A DNA stretch of 58,824 nt from Candidatus Woesearchaeota archaeon (GTDB taxonomy: Archaea > Nanobdellota > Nanobdellia > Woesearchaeales > ARS49): NCBI GenBank assembly GCA_016929895.1, contig JAFGHW010000017.1, positions 1 to 58,824 of the forward strand, written 5' to 3'. Positions 18,535-28,752 of this stretch are shown here, piece after piece. The position numbers and the translations under genes were made by a program. The notes below the pieces were generated by a model that had not been told where the DNA came from, searched no databases, and worked only from the letters and a program-made list of their open reading frames with translations. Each line of letters starts with the position of its first letter. The stretch's first letter is position 1.

Positions 18535-20337
18535 TTAATATTTGCTCATTAAATTTAATTTAGGATAAATACACAAGGATTTGAACTCGTCCAGTATTAA
18601 TTTAAATGCATAACTAATCTCAACATCATTAACCTCGACATTATCCCCGCAAACAGGACAATATCTTTTATCCTTATAAGAGTCATAAATCGCAATAATG
18701 CCGCAAGATTCACAAACAGGAACAATGGTTTTATCAGAGTCAAAACGTTCTTTTAACAACAAAGATGCGCCGTGAGCAACAAAAGTATCTTTCTCCATTT
18801 CTCCTAATCTTAATCCACCCTCTTTAGCCCGGCCTTCTGTAGGCTGTCGTGTCAACAATTGAATCGGGCCTCTTGCTCGGGCGTGCAATTTATTTGCAAC
18901 CATGTGCCTTAATTTTTGGTAATACATATTGCCAACAAAAATCCTGGCAGTAAACTGCTCTCCAGTCATGCCGTTATAAACAGTTTCAGCACCAGTATCC
19001 ATAAACCCCAAGGAAACAAGTTCTTTTCTTATATCTTCTTCGTTTTCAGAATCAAAAGTAGTGCCGTCAACATATCTTCCAGAAAGCGCCCCTGTTTTAC
19101 CGGCAATAAGTTCAATAAGATGAGAAACAGTCATACGGCTTGGAATACCATGAGGAGTAAACAATAAATCAGGCTTAATACCTGATGCAGTAAAAGGCAT
19201 GTCACTTTCAGGCACAATCAATCCAACAATACCTTTTTGGCCATGTCGTGAAACAAATTTGTCGCCAATCTCAGCAATCCTTTGGTCCCTAATCCTGACC
19301 TGAACCAATTTATTACCTTCTTCATTTTCAGTTATAAGAACCATGTCAACAATTCCCTGCTCTCCATGCCTAAGAGAAATAGAAGATTCTCTGCGAATAT
19401 TTGAAGCCAAAGAATATTCATCCAAAGAACTCAAAAATCTTGGAGGAGAAGTTTTACCAATAACAACATCTTCCTCGCTAACAACTGCTTCAGGGTAAAT
19501 AATTCCATCTTCTTCAAGCATACGATAATCCTTTTCACTCTTATAACCCTTAACTTCTTTATCTGGGCAGCAGACTTCATCCATAAGGCCGCCAGAATAC
19601 CTTAACTCTTCAGCAATAGCTGGACGATAATAACTGCTTCTAGCAAAACCCCTGTCAATAGAACCCTTGTTAAGAATAACTGCGTCCTCCATGTTGTAAC
19701 CTTTATAGGACATGACCGCAACAACAATATTCTGACCAGAAGGATGAGTTTCGTAATGAGACAAATCATGAATAATTGACTTAACAATTGGAATTTGGGG
19801 ATAATGCAAAAGATTAACATCCATATCAACTCTTACAGGAAAATTTGCAGTATACAGACCAATAGAATGCTTTTGATTCTTGCTGCCAATACTTAATCTA
19901 GCTGCCTGGGTATATTCTCCAAAAGGAACAAGCGTAGTAACATAACCAAGCATAACCAAAGGAGAAATCTCCAAATGAGTATGCTCAGGACTTAATTCCT
20001 CCTCATGAAAGGCAATCAAAGCATTTTCTTCTTCAGCAGCATCCAAATACTCGATAACCCCCTGGTCAACCAAATCAGACCAAGAAAGCTCTCCTTTTTC
20101 CAATTGCTTAATATGCTTATCACTCAAAGAAGGAATACCATCCTTGACGACAATCAAAGGACGCCTGGTTCTTCCTTTTAATATTTCTATAAAAATTTGG
20201 TCAAGGTCGCCCTCATAATGAAGATTAAGATTAGTCGGGATAACCCCGCTTCTTCTATCAGTTCTGACTCTGGTCAGAAACTCGTCCTTATTTTCAACAT
20301 TTCCAATAAAATTTCCATTCAAAAAAACTTCTGTCAT
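18535..20337 (-). CDS. rpoB1: DNA-directed RNA polymerase subunit B' (C-terminal half)
   Basis: GYNMEDA, GDKFVSRHGQKG, RQPTEGRAKEGGLRLGEME, Zn ribbon. Confidence 0.98.
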   Translation of the reverse strand: MTEVFLNGNFIGNVENKDEFLTRVRTDRRSGVIPTNLNLHYEGDLDQIFIEILKGRTRRPLIVVKDGIPSLSDKHIKQLEKGELSWSDLVDQGVIEYLDAAEEENALIAFHEEELSPEHTHLEISPLVMLGYVTTLVPFGEYTQAARLSIGSKNQKHSIGLYTANFPVRVDMDVNLLHYPQIPIVKSIIHDLSHYETHPSGQNIVVAVMSYKGYNMEDAVILNKGSIDRGFARSSYYRPAIAEELRYSGGLMDEVCCPDKEVKGYKSEKDYRMLEEDGIIYPEAVVSEEDVVIGKTSPPRFLSSLDEYSLASNIRRESSISLRHGEQGIVDMVLITENEEGNKLVQVRIRDQRIAEIGDKFVSRHGQKGIVGLIVPESDMPFTASGIKPDLLFTPHGIPSRMTVSHLIELIAGKTGALSGRYVDGTTFDSENEEDIRKELVSLGFMDTGAETVYNGMTGEQFTARIFVGNMYYQKLRHMVANKLHARARGPIQLLTRQPTEGRAKEGGLRLGEMEKDTFVAHGASLLLKERFDSDKTIVPVCESCGIIAIYDSYKDKRYCPVCGDNVEVNDVEISYAFKLILDEFKSLCIYPKLNLMSKY

Positions 20338-21821
20338 TTGCTAGTTTGCAGTCCTGCATTTTTTAATAATTTCAGGACCTCCTCCGCAGGCATATCCTTT
20401 GAAACATTTGCCAACAAAGCAAAATTCTTTTTCAAACCAATATTAGTTCCCTCAGGAGTCTCGCTAGGACATAATCTTCCCAAGTGCGTTGCATGCAGTT
20501 CTCTTGCAGCAAAATTTTCCTGAGACGCTGACAAAGGACTTGCAACTCTCTGCAAATGCGACAAAGTCAGCAAATGATTTATTCTCTGAATCCTCTGAGA
20601 AATACCTTTTCTTCCGCCGGCCCAGTTACCAGTAGCCATGGAAGAATAAATCCTTGAAGTTAAAAGTTTGTCCCTGATAATTACCTTAATGCTGGGAAAT
20701 TTTCCTCTTTTAACCAATCTCTGGAAATTATACAATATGTCCCCAATCAAAATTTTTAAGTTCATCCTAAACAAATCTGCAAGCAAATCACCAGACATTT
20801 TGACCCGCTTGTTCATGTAATGGTCTTTGTCGTCCTCAGGAATCTCTTCAGTAGAAACAGCAATAAACTTGCGCAGCATTTTGCAAAGATTCTGTGCTTT
20901 AGTTAATCTTTCTTCTTTAGTGATACCAACATTAGGAAGCAAATATTTATCAATAATTTCCTGGATACGCTCAAGACGAACTTCCTTAGCCTGAGTAATA
21001 CCTACTTTTTTAGCGATATAATCCATAGCGTCTTCTTCGTTTTTGATATTAACAAATTCAAATAAATTAATCAAAACCTCATCAAATTGCTTTTTAATAG
21101 AAATATGCTTCATTATATCTTCATCTTTGGTCAGCCCCAATGCTTTAATAACCGCAATCAAAGGAATCCTTCTAACCCGGGTAAATGTAAGATAATAAAT
21201 ACCATCTTTTAATCTCTCAACAGTGTGCGGGATTTTGTACTGTCCTCGTTCAGAAAATAACTTGCCAACATAATCGCTGACACCAATCTTTTGCTTTTCA
21301 ACAATAAACCTGTTAGATGCAAGATCCTCAATATTAACAAGAACCCTCTCAGTTCCGTTAATAATAAAATAACCGCCTGGACAATCAGGATCTTCTCCGG
21401 CTTCTATTAATTCATTGCGATTCATTTTTGTAAGATGGCAACGATTACTCTTAAGCATAATCGGAAGATTACCTATTTGAGTAGTTAATGTTTCCCTCTG
21501 AACATCATTAATATGCGAGGAAACCTCTAAAAAAATAGGCGCAGCATAACTCAATTTTCTAAGTCTTGCCTCAACAGGCATAATGGGTCTTCGACTTCCG
21601 TCTGCCTCGGTAATCTCTGGCATTTTAACTTCAATCTTATCCAGCCTAATCTTAAATGACTCAACATTAGGAGGGATGATAGTCGGCTCGATATTCTTAT
21701 TTTCGTTAATAATCTTTTGCAGTTCAGTATTAACAAAATAATTAAAACTCTCAATATCTGACTTAACAAGAGAATTCTCTTCAAAATATTTTTTGATTAA
21801 GATCTTAGCGTATTTAGGCAT
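20334..21821 (-). CDS. rpoB2: DNA-directed RNA polymerase subunit B'' (N-terminal half)
   Basis: GGYFIINGTERV, DKDHYMNKR, CPSETPEGTNIGL. Confidence 0.97.
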   Translation of the reverse strand: MPKYAKILIKKYFEENSLVKSDIESFNYFVNTELQKIINENKNIEPTIIPPNVESFKIRLDKIEVKMPEITEADGSRRPIMPVEARLRKLSYAAPIFLEVSSHINDVQRETLTTQIGNLPIMLKSNRCHLTKMNRNELIEAGEDPDCPGGYFIINGTERVLVNIEDLASNRFIVEKQKIGVSDYVGKLFSERGQYKIPHTVERLKDGIYYLTFTRVRRIPLIAVIKALGLTKDEDIMKHISIKKQFDEVLINLFEFVNIKNEEDAMDYIAKKVGITQAKEVRLERIQEIIDKYLLPNVGITKEERLTKAQNLCKMLRKFIAVSTEEIPEDDKDHYMNKRVKMSGDLLADLFRMNLKILIGDILYNFQRLVKRGKFPSIKVIIRDKLLTSRIYSSMATGNWAGGRKGISQRIQRINHLLTLSHLQRVASPLSASQENFAARELHATHLGRLCPSETPEGTNIGLKKNFALLANVSKDMPAEEVLKLLKNAGLQTSK

Positions 21822-21822
21822 T

Positions 21823-22065
21823 TTAACTACTTATAATCCTCCTGTAAAATACAGTCTTGCCGGCAGTTTTGCTGTCGCGAATAATCTTTATAACATCGCC
21901 ATCCTTAACTTTTAAATCAGCCAATGAAGGGTCGGTTTTAAGCATTCTTGGAAGCTCTTTGCCAGAAAGTTTAAGAGTATCAGTAACCTTTTTTTTCTCA
22001 GAATCACTTACTAAAACATGCTTAGGAACTAATAAGTGTTTTGTTATATCTATTTTTTTAGCCAT
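21823..22065 (-). CDS. rpoH: DNA-directed RNA polymerase subunit H (Rpo5)
   Basis: HLLVPKH, LPRMLKTDP, GDVIKIIRDSKTAG…YR. Confidence 0.96.
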   Translation of the reverse strand: MAKKIDITKHLLVPKHVLVSDSEKKKVTDTLKLSGKELPRMLKTDPSLADLKVKDGDVIKIIRDSKTAGKTVFYRRIISS

Positions 22066-22087
22066 TTTTGTTCCTTTGTGGACATCA

Positions 22088-22176
22088 CGGGCCGGACGAG
22101 ATTCGAACTCGCGACCACTTGATGTCTCTTTTAGTAATTAAAAGTCAAGTGCTCTACCAGGCTGAGCTACCGGCCC
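22088..22176 (-). tRNA. tRNA-Lys (UUU) with a 15-nt intron at position 37/38 (intron 22124-22138)
   Basis: GGGCCGG acceptor stem, D arm AGCTCAGCCTGGTAGAGC, anticodon stem CTTGA/TCAAG, T loop GTTCGAAT. The intron forms a bulge-helix-bulge (CUUU/AGAG helix, UA|A and AC|A bulges). CCA is not encoded. Confidence 0.95.
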
Positions 22177-22290
22177 AATATTATAGTTTACACTATTGCT
22201 CGATATCAAATGTGAATGAAAGCAAATCATCTCCTCACGCAATTTGTTTTCCCCTCAACTAATACTGGTGATTAAGTACAGGACTAAAAA

Positions 22291-22310
22291 GTAGTTTAAA
22301 AAGCTTTCGG
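22291..22310 (-). promoter_or_regulatory. BRE + TATA probably driving tRNA-Lys and the rpo operon
   Basis: Minus strand reads CCGAAAGCTTTTTAAAC. Confidence 0.55.
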
Positions 22311-22364
22311 TATTTGCCCCTAAAAAACATAAAGAATATAAATTAAACAGGATTAGCCAAAAAT

Positions 22365-23657
22365 ATGAAAATTGCAGTAATAGGTATGGGATATGTTGGC
22401 GGAACAACTGCAGCTTGTTTTGCAGAGCTAGGGCATGAAGTTTGGGGCATTGACCATGATGCAAAAAAAATACAATTATACAAAACAGGAAAAGCACCAT
22501 TCTATGAAAAAGGACTGGACAGATTAATCAAGCATAATTCTTCAGAAGGAAGACTGAATTTTACAACAAACATTTCAGAAGGAATCAAAGAAGCAAAAGT
22601 AATAATAATTGCTGTAGGAACTCCGCCAAAAGAAGATGGAAGCCCTGATTTAAGCGCCATGGAGAAAGTAGCACAAGAAATAGGAGAATCACTTGACCAT
22701 TACGCAGTCATCGTAGAAAAAAGCACAGTACCAATAAGAACCGGAGAATGGATGAATAAAATACTAGGAAAACATCTTTCAAAAGAACGATTTGATATCG
22801 CAGCATGCCCAGAATTTTTGCAGGAATCAACAGCTGTTTCTGATTTTATGAAACCAGACAGAATAGTGATAGGCGCAGACAGTGAAAAAGCCTCGCCAAT
22901 ATTATTTGAATTATACAAACCAATAGTTGCCCCGAAAATTCACACGTCGATAAAAGCAGCTGAGATGATAAAGCACGCAGTTAATGCAGCATTATACACC
23001 AAGATAGCATTTGCTTTTTCTGTATCTCAATTATGCGATGCAGAAGGAAATGTAGACTGCATAGAAGTACTTCGCGGAGTGGGGCTTGACAAAAGAGTTG
23101 GCGAAGCATTTTTACAGCCAGGTCCAGGAGTTGGAGGATTCTGTTTTCCAAAGGATTTAGATGCATTAATAGCAATACAAAAACAATTTAGGGTATACCC
23201 GGGATTATTCGAAGCAGTAAGAGAAATAAATAAACTGCAAAAGAATCATGTAGTTAATAAGGTAATAAAGTCATTTGACGGCGATATTAGCAATCAAATC
23301 ATAGGGGTGCTAGGACTTGCATTCAAAGCAGGAACAAATGACATGAGACTTGCAGCTTCTATAGACATAATAAAAGAATTACAAAAAAAAGGCGCAACAA
23401 TAGTTGCCTATGACCCGAAAGCAATGGATGAAGCAAAACAAATCTTTACAAATATCGAATACGCGAATAGCTCTGAAGAAGTGGCGGAGAAAAGCAATGC
23501 ACTGCTAATATTAACTGAATGGCCTGAGTTTCAGGAATTAGACATGAAAAAAATACGCGAAAAATTAAAAATAGTCATAGACACAAGAAACCTATTTGAA
23601 CCAAAAAGAATGAAACAATTAGGATATATTTATTATTGTATGGGGAGGCCGATTTAA
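22365..23657 (+). CDS. ugd: UDP-glucose/GDP-mannose dehydrogenase family protein
   Basis: GMGYVG, IAVGTP, EKSTVP, PEFLQE, GGFCFPKD, GLAFK. Confidence 0.93.
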   Translation: MKIAVIGMGYVGGTTAACFAELGHEVWGIDHDAKKIQLYKTGKAPFYEKGLDRLIKHNSSEGRLNFTTNISEGIKEAKVIIIAVGTPPKEDGSPDLSAMEKVAQEIGESLDHYAVIVEKSTVPIRTGEWMNKILGKHLSKERFDIAACPEFLQESTAVSDFMKPDRIVIGADSEKASPILFELYKPIVAPKIHTSIKAAEMIKHAVNAALYTKIAFAFSVSQLCDAEGNVDCIEVLRGVGLDKRVGEAFLQPGPGVGGFCFPKDLDALIAIQKQFRVYPGLFEAVREINKLQKNHVVNKVIKSFDGDISNQIIGVLGLAFKAGTNDMRLAASIDIIKELQKKGATIVAYDPKAMDEAKQIFTNIEYANSSEEVAEKSNALLILTEWPEFQELDMKKIREKLKIVIDTRNLFEPKRMKQLGYIYYCMGRPI

Positions 23658-24586
23658 AGAACCTTTATCTCCTTAAAACCCACAGATTTATACCATTCTA
23701 TTGATTTTTTAATTCCATCTTCTATTTTAGTGTTAGGATCAAATCCTAAGAATGTTTTCATTTTTGTTAAATCCGCACAATATTTTTTAACCTCGCCTAT
23801 TTTGCTCTGCTTAATATTAATTTTTGAATTTGAATTCATATTTTTCTTAATCAATTCAGCAATTTTTAAAATACTGCATATCTCCCCCCCAGAAATATTA
23901 AAAGTATTATTTTTAGCTCTATCAAAGTTATTAACACAACTTATTACTCCCTTAATAGAATCATCAATATAAGTAAAATCCAAAGATTTTTCTTCACCGT
24001 AAACTTCTAAATCCTGGTTATCTTTTGCTCTTCTGATAAAATTAGGGACCACTCTGTGACTTCCATCATACATCCCGTACACATTAGAAAATCTTATGAT
24101 TATATGATCAATACCATAACATTTAGTATATGCGTGAACCAAAGCTTCTGAGCCGATTTTTGATGAAGTATACGGGCTTTCACAATTTTTGATTCTAACA
24201 TCTTCTTCATTTATTATTTCTTTGTCAATATTTCCATATGTTTCTCTGCTTGATGCAAAAATTAATTTTTTAATATTATTTTTCCTGGCAAATTCCAAAA
24301 TATTAAAAGTCATATTATGATTATCATGAGCCAAAACAGGATTAACAACAGACAGATAAACATATGGGTTTGCGGCCAAGTGAATTATCAAATCAAAATC
24401 CTTATCCAATTTCTCTAAATTATTTTCATCTCTTAAATCGATTGTTTTAGTCAGTTTATCCACTTGTTTATTCCAAAGATTTTTTCTTATATCCAATCCA
24501 ACAACATCGTGATTGTTCTTAACCAGAAATTCCATTAATCTAGTGCCAATAGTGCCATTAGAGCCGGTAACTAGGATTTTCATCAT
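23654..24586 (-). CDS. NAD-dependent sugar epimerase/dehydratase (extended SDR)
   Basis: TGSNGTIG, IHLAA, ASSRETYG, YTSSK (YxxxK), RFSNVYG, DFTYIDD. Confidence 0.9.
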   Translation of the reverse strand: MMKILVTGSNGTIGTRLMEFLVKNNHDVVGLDIRKNLWNKQVDKLTKTIDLRDENNLEKLDKDFDLIIHLAANPYVYLSVVNPVLAHDNHNMTFNILEFARKNNIKKLIFASSRETYGNIDKEIINEEDVRIKNCESPYTSSKIGSEALVHAYTKCYGIDHIIIRFSNVYGMYDGSHRVVPNFIRRAKDNQDLEVYGEEKSLDFTYIDDSIKGVISCVNNFDRAKNNTFNISGGEICSILKIAELIKKNMNSNSKINIKQSKIGEVKKYCADLTKMKTFLGFDPNTKIEDGIKKSIEWYKSVGFKEIKVL

Positions 24587-24666
24587 GATTAAATAGTATG
24601 GTTTAGTTTAATAAATTTATGATTTTTGAAGTAAAACTTAAATATGCGAAGTTCCAGGATTATATA

Positions 24667-25446
24667 ATGCAAATAGAACTGGACACAAGCAAAACAATTG
24701 AGCAAAATGCAGCCTGTTATTTTGAAAAAGCAAAAAAAGCCAAACGAAAAATAGAGGGCGTAAAGAAAGCGCTGATAATGTTTGAAAAAGAAAAAAAAGA
24801 ACTGCTTTCTAAAAAAGAACAAGCACTAAAGGAATACGAACAAAAAGAAGAAGAACGCAAAAAAGAAAAACGGACAAAAAAATGGTATGAGAAATTCAGA
24901 TGGTTCATAAGCTCAGAAGGATTTCTGTGTATTGGAGGAAGAGATGCAACTACTAATGAAATAATAGTTAAAAAACATATGCTAAAAGAAGACATAGTGT
25001 TTCATACAGAAGCTCCAGGAAGCCCGTTTTTTGTTATAAAAACATCTGGAAAAGAAGTAGGGGAAATAACATTAAAAGAAACAGCCATTGCAACAGCGGT
25101 ATATTCTAAAGCATGGAAAATGGGATTAGGGAGCACAAGAGTTTACTGGATAAAACCAGAACAAGTTCGAAAAGAACTAGGACTTCCAAAAGGAAGCTTT
25201 ATGATACACGGCAAAAGAAATTATTCAGAACCAGTACTTGAAATTGCAGTAGGGATTAATGAAACAGGAATAGCAATGGGCGGACCAATAACAGCAATAA
25301 AGAAAAACTGCGCAAATTACATAGTCTTAGTACAGGGGAAAGAGAAAAAAAGCGATATTGCTAAGAAGATTAGGAAAGAAATCGGCGGAGAAATAGATGA
25401 TATTTTTTCTTGCTTGCCGGCTGGAGAGTTTGAGATACAGAAGTGA
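24667..25446 (+). CDS. NFACT-R (DUF814) RNA-binding protein, corresponding to the C-terminal part of Rqc2/NEMF
   Basis: NAACYFEKAKKAK, WYEKFRWFISSEG, GGRDATTNE, FHTEAPGSP, GSFMIHGKRNY. Confidence 0.88.
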   Translation: MQIELDTSKTIEQNAACYFEKAKKAKRKIEGVKKALIMFEKEKKELLSKKEQALKEYEQKEEERKKEKRTKKWYEKFRWFISSEGFLCIGGRDATTNEIIVKKHMLKEDIVFHTEAPGSPFFVIKTSGKEVGEITLKETAIATAVYSKAWKMGLGSTRVYWIKPEQVRKELGLPKGSFMIHGKRNYSEPVLEIAVGINETGIAMGGPITAIKKNCANYIVLVQGKEKKSDIAKKIRKEIGGEIDDIFSCLPAGEFEIQK

Positions 25447-25508
25447 CTATATTATATAACAAAATTTAAATACACTTGCTTCTTAAAATACTTAAAAAGA
25501 GGGAAAAT

Positions 25509-27197
25509 ATGAACAGCCTTGTTTCAGAGATAGGTTTAATACTAATTTTAGCCACATTCTTAGCATTTATAGCCAGAAGATTAAAACAACCAATGATTCT
25601 GGGGTATATAATCGCAGGAATGATAATAGGACCGCTAGGGCTAAAACTAGTAATAGACATGGACACAATAACCACCCTTTCTGAGCTAGGAATTGCATTC
25701 CTACTATTCATAGTCGGCTTAGAAATAGATGTTCGCAAATTACGTAATTTAGGATTAATTGCCTTAGTAGCAGGAATAGGACAAGTCGTGTTCACCTTTA
25801 TCATAACATACTTTGTTGTAAACCTGCTTGGATTTTCTCAGATACACACATTATACATTGCAATCGCTCTAACACTAAGCAGCACAATAATCATAGTAAA
25901 ATTATTATCTGACAAAAACGAAATGAATGCATTACACGGCCGCATTGCATTAGGAATTTTACTAGTTCAGGACTTTGTTGCGGTAATTGCTCTTGCTGCG
26001 CTTGCCAAAAGTTCAATAACCTGGACAACAGTAGGAGTAAATGTAGCTCTGGGAATAGCATTTTTTGCAATAGCTATAATAATAGGGATGTTCATATTAA
26101 AATACGTTTTTAACCCAATTGCTTCTTCGCCAGAACTATTATTCCTGGGAGCAGTATCAACCTGTTTCCTTTTTGCAATGATATCTGAGAAGATAGGATT
26201 ATCAATTGCAATAGGCGGATTTTTAGCAGGAATATGCCTGGCGCCACTGCCATATAATTTAGAAATCGTAAGCAGAATAAAATCTTTGCGCGATTTTTTT
26301 GCAACAATATTCTTTGTAACACTAGGAATGCAGATAGTAATTCCCTATGGAGTAAACATCTGGTTTCCAGTATTCTTGTTTTCCATTTTTGTTATAATCG
26401 GCAACCCATTAATCGTGCTAATATTGATGTCAGTAATGGGATTCAAAGCAAGGCCATCTTTTTTAACAGGAATTTCAATAGCGCAAATAAGCGAATTCAG
26501 CCTGATACTAATGGCATTAGGCGTAAGCACAGGGATGATTCCGCAGGTTATAATGTCGATAATAGCATTAGTCGCAGTAATAACGTTCACAGTATCTTCA
26601 TACATGATAACCTATGATGAACAGCTCTACAGGTTATTCCAAAAGATAATAAAACCATTTGAAAAACTGGCAATACGAAAACTTCATTTTGAGCACATGC
26701 CAGGAGAAATAAAATACCACATAATATTATGCGGGTGCAACAGAGTGGGAAGAGGAGTAATAGAAAGCGCTCAAAAACTAAAGAAAAATGTCCTTGTAAT
26801 TGATTTTAATCCAGAAGTAGTCCATAAGCTGGCCAAAGAAAAACTGCATGCGCTCTACGGGGATGTTGGTGATGTAGAAATAGTAGAACGAATAATAAAA
26901 CACAAACCAGAACTAATAATATCCACAGTGCCTGATGCAGCAGATAATTATTTATTATTACAACAAGTAAAGAAAAAACACAAAAAAGTAAAAATGATAT
27001 TAACAGCGAACAATATCCACGAGGCACTGGATTTATACGAAGAAGGAGCAGACTATGTTTTACTGCCGCACCAACTAGGCAGGGACCATATAGCGCTAAT
27101 CTTAAGAGAAAAAACCAAGAACATAACCAAATTAGACCAAGAAAGGGCAAGACATATCGAAAGAATTAAAAAGAGAAAAATAGAAGGTATGAATTAA
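25509..27197 (+). CDS. CPA2/KefC-type cation:proton antiporter with C-terminal RCK (TrkA-N) domain
   Basis: ELGIAFLLFIVGLE, LSSTIIIVK, LLVQD, FFVTLG, QISEFS; GCNRVG and YGD in the RCK domain. Confidence 0.92.
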   Translation: MNSLVSEIGLILILATFLAFIARRLKQPMILGYIIAGMIIGPLGLKLVIDMDTITTLSELGIAFLLFIVGLEIDVRKLRNLGLIALVAGIGQVVFTFIITYFVVNLLGFSQIHTLYIAIALTLSSTIIIVKLLSDKNEMNALHGRIALGILLVQDFVAVIALAALAKSSITWTTVGVNVALGIAFFAIAIIIGMFILKYVFNPIASSPELLFLGAVSTCFLFAMISEKIGLSIAIGGFLAGICLAPLPYNLEIVSRIKSLRDFFATIFFVTLGMQIVIPYGVNIWFPVFLFSIFVIIGNPLIVLILMSVMGFKARPSFLTGISIAQISEFSLILMALGVSTGMIPQVIMSIIALVAVITFTVSSYMITYDEQLYRLFQKIIKPFEKLAIRKLHFEHMPGEIKYHIILCGCNRVGRGVIESAQKLKKNVLVIDFNPEVVHKLAKEKLHALYGDVGDVEIVERIIKHKPELIISTVPDAADNYLLLQQVKKKHKKVKMILTANNIHEALDLYEEGADYVLLPHQLGRDHIALILREKTKNITKLDQERARHIERIKKRKIEGMN

Positions 27198-27198
27198 G

Positions 27199-28752
27199 AT
27201 GAGCATAGACGGAAGCAAACGGCTGATAATGGCAGGATTTGCCACAAAACATTTTAAAAAAGACTATCCTAACTGGAGCTCTTTTTCTGAAGAAAAGAAA
27301 AAAGAAATACTTGACTCAATAGAATCAAAAGGAGGAGAAGAAAAACTAGCCAAATACGCAGACCATGATGAGCTGGTAATGGGCAAAGACCAAATAATGC
27401 TGGTAGACTATCCAAAACCAATAAACAAATACAGAATAGTATATGAAAGCCCTCATTCTTCAATAGAACCATACTATTACTTTGTATACCACAATCTTCA
27501 TTATTCTTTTGGCTTTCCAATAATAGACAAAATAACAGACATTTTCACAGCATCAGAACACAGCTCATTTTACGGAGCAGCAGCACAACGATTAGGACTA
27601 GCACAAGACAAAGTATCACAATACATGGCAGCAATAGGGCAATTCATACGAAAGGATTTGTTCCAATTAATCAGGGATTTAAGATGGCTGGATGAAAGAC
27701 TAGACTTTCATGAAAAAGCAAGAGAATACACAAAACAAGGAAAACTAAAAGATGACTCAGCAGAAATAACACTAAAAGGAATATGGACAGACATGGTAGA
27801 CGGAGTAGTGCAAGGACAAAGAGTATCAGCAAACGTATTTCAAATGGCGCAACAACTGCAATTCACATCACTCCCTGACTTTTTCTTTTCAATGCACCCG
27901 CAAAAAAGAGAAGAAATAAACAAAATGGTAGATGCATTAGACACAACACTCAATTTAAAAAGCGTTTTAAAAAGAAAACTAAGCGATTTCTTAAACTGGA
28001 AAGACGCAAACTACAAAGAACTAAAAGTACGAAAAAACTTTGAATTAAAGTATTTGCGGCAGCATTACAACATAATAAACATGTACCTTCAATGGATAAA
28101 ACCATACATGAAGCACATGGCAAACCTTCGCGGAGACATAGAAAAAACAGACGCGGCAGAATTAATCTCAGCATTTGAAGGTTCAATGGTTGAAATAGAA
28201 ATACTAGGGCAAAGATTAGAAGAAGGAAACAAAAAAGTATACACGTGCATACTGGAAACACTGGACTACAGAACAAGACCGTCTTTAAGCTATCAACAAG
28301 AAGCAGGATTTCACCGCGGGCCAATACACATGGGAGAAATGAAACTAACATACAGGGCATATGCATGGACAAGAAAACAAATAGAAGCATTTAAAAAAAT
28401 GAAGCAAAAAGAAGACATGGAAATGTTTGAACAAATAAGCTCAGGAGTAAAAGCAACAATGGACGCAATACGCGAAGACCTGGACAAATACTTAAAACAA
28501 GCAGAAGGAGCACAAGAAAAAGAAACAAGACCAAAACAAAAACCAGAAGCATTATTATCGCCATTTGCATCAGTAGGAAAAGGATTTGCAGATTTTGTAG
28601 GAATGTTTGTGCCTGTTCCAGGCAGTCCAACTGCCAAAGCTGAAAAAGAAAAAATAAAAAAAGAAGCCTCTAAAGCAGCAAAAGCAGTGCAAACAACACT
28701 ATGGCTAAACTATAAAGCATTTAAAAAAGCCCACAGAATGCTAACCTGGTGA
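27199..28752 (+). CDS. Hypothetical 517-aa protein
   Basis: Long ORF with host-like codon usage, starting 1 nt after the antiporter stop. Confidence 0.8.
   Translation: MSIDGSKRLIMAGFATKHFKKDYPNWSSFSEEKKKEILDSIESKGGEEKLAKYADHDELVMGKDQIMLVDYPKPINKYRIVYESPHSSIEPYYYFVYHNLHYSFGFPIIDKITDIFTASEHSSFYGAAAQRLGLAQDKVSQYMAAIGQFIRKDLFQLIRDLRWLDERLDFHEKAREYTKQGKLKDDSAEITLKGIWTDMVDGVVQGQRVSANVFQMAQQLQFTSLPDFFFSMHPQKREEINKMVDALDTTLNLKSVLKRKLSDFLNWKDANYKELKVRKNFELKYLRQHYNIINMYLQWIKPYMKHMANLRGDIEKTDAAELISAFEGSMVEIEILGQRLEEGNKKVYTCILETLDYRTRPSLSYQQEAGFHRGPIHMGEMKLTYRAYAWTRKQIEAFKKMKQKEDMEMFEQISSGVKATMDAIREDLDKYLKQAEGAQEKETRPKQKPEALLSPFASVGKGFADFVGMFVPVPGSPTAKAEKEKIKKEASKAAKAVQTTLWLNYKAFKKAHRMLTW

Noticed and set aside
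18535-21821. Split RpoB as a frameshift or pseudogene
   Set aside because: The B''/B' split with ATGA overlap is a known natural arrangement in several archaeal lineages.
22088-22176. tRNA 3' end as an integration site of a mobile element
   Set aside because: No duplicate tRNA fragment or integrase was noticed; rpoH follows directly.
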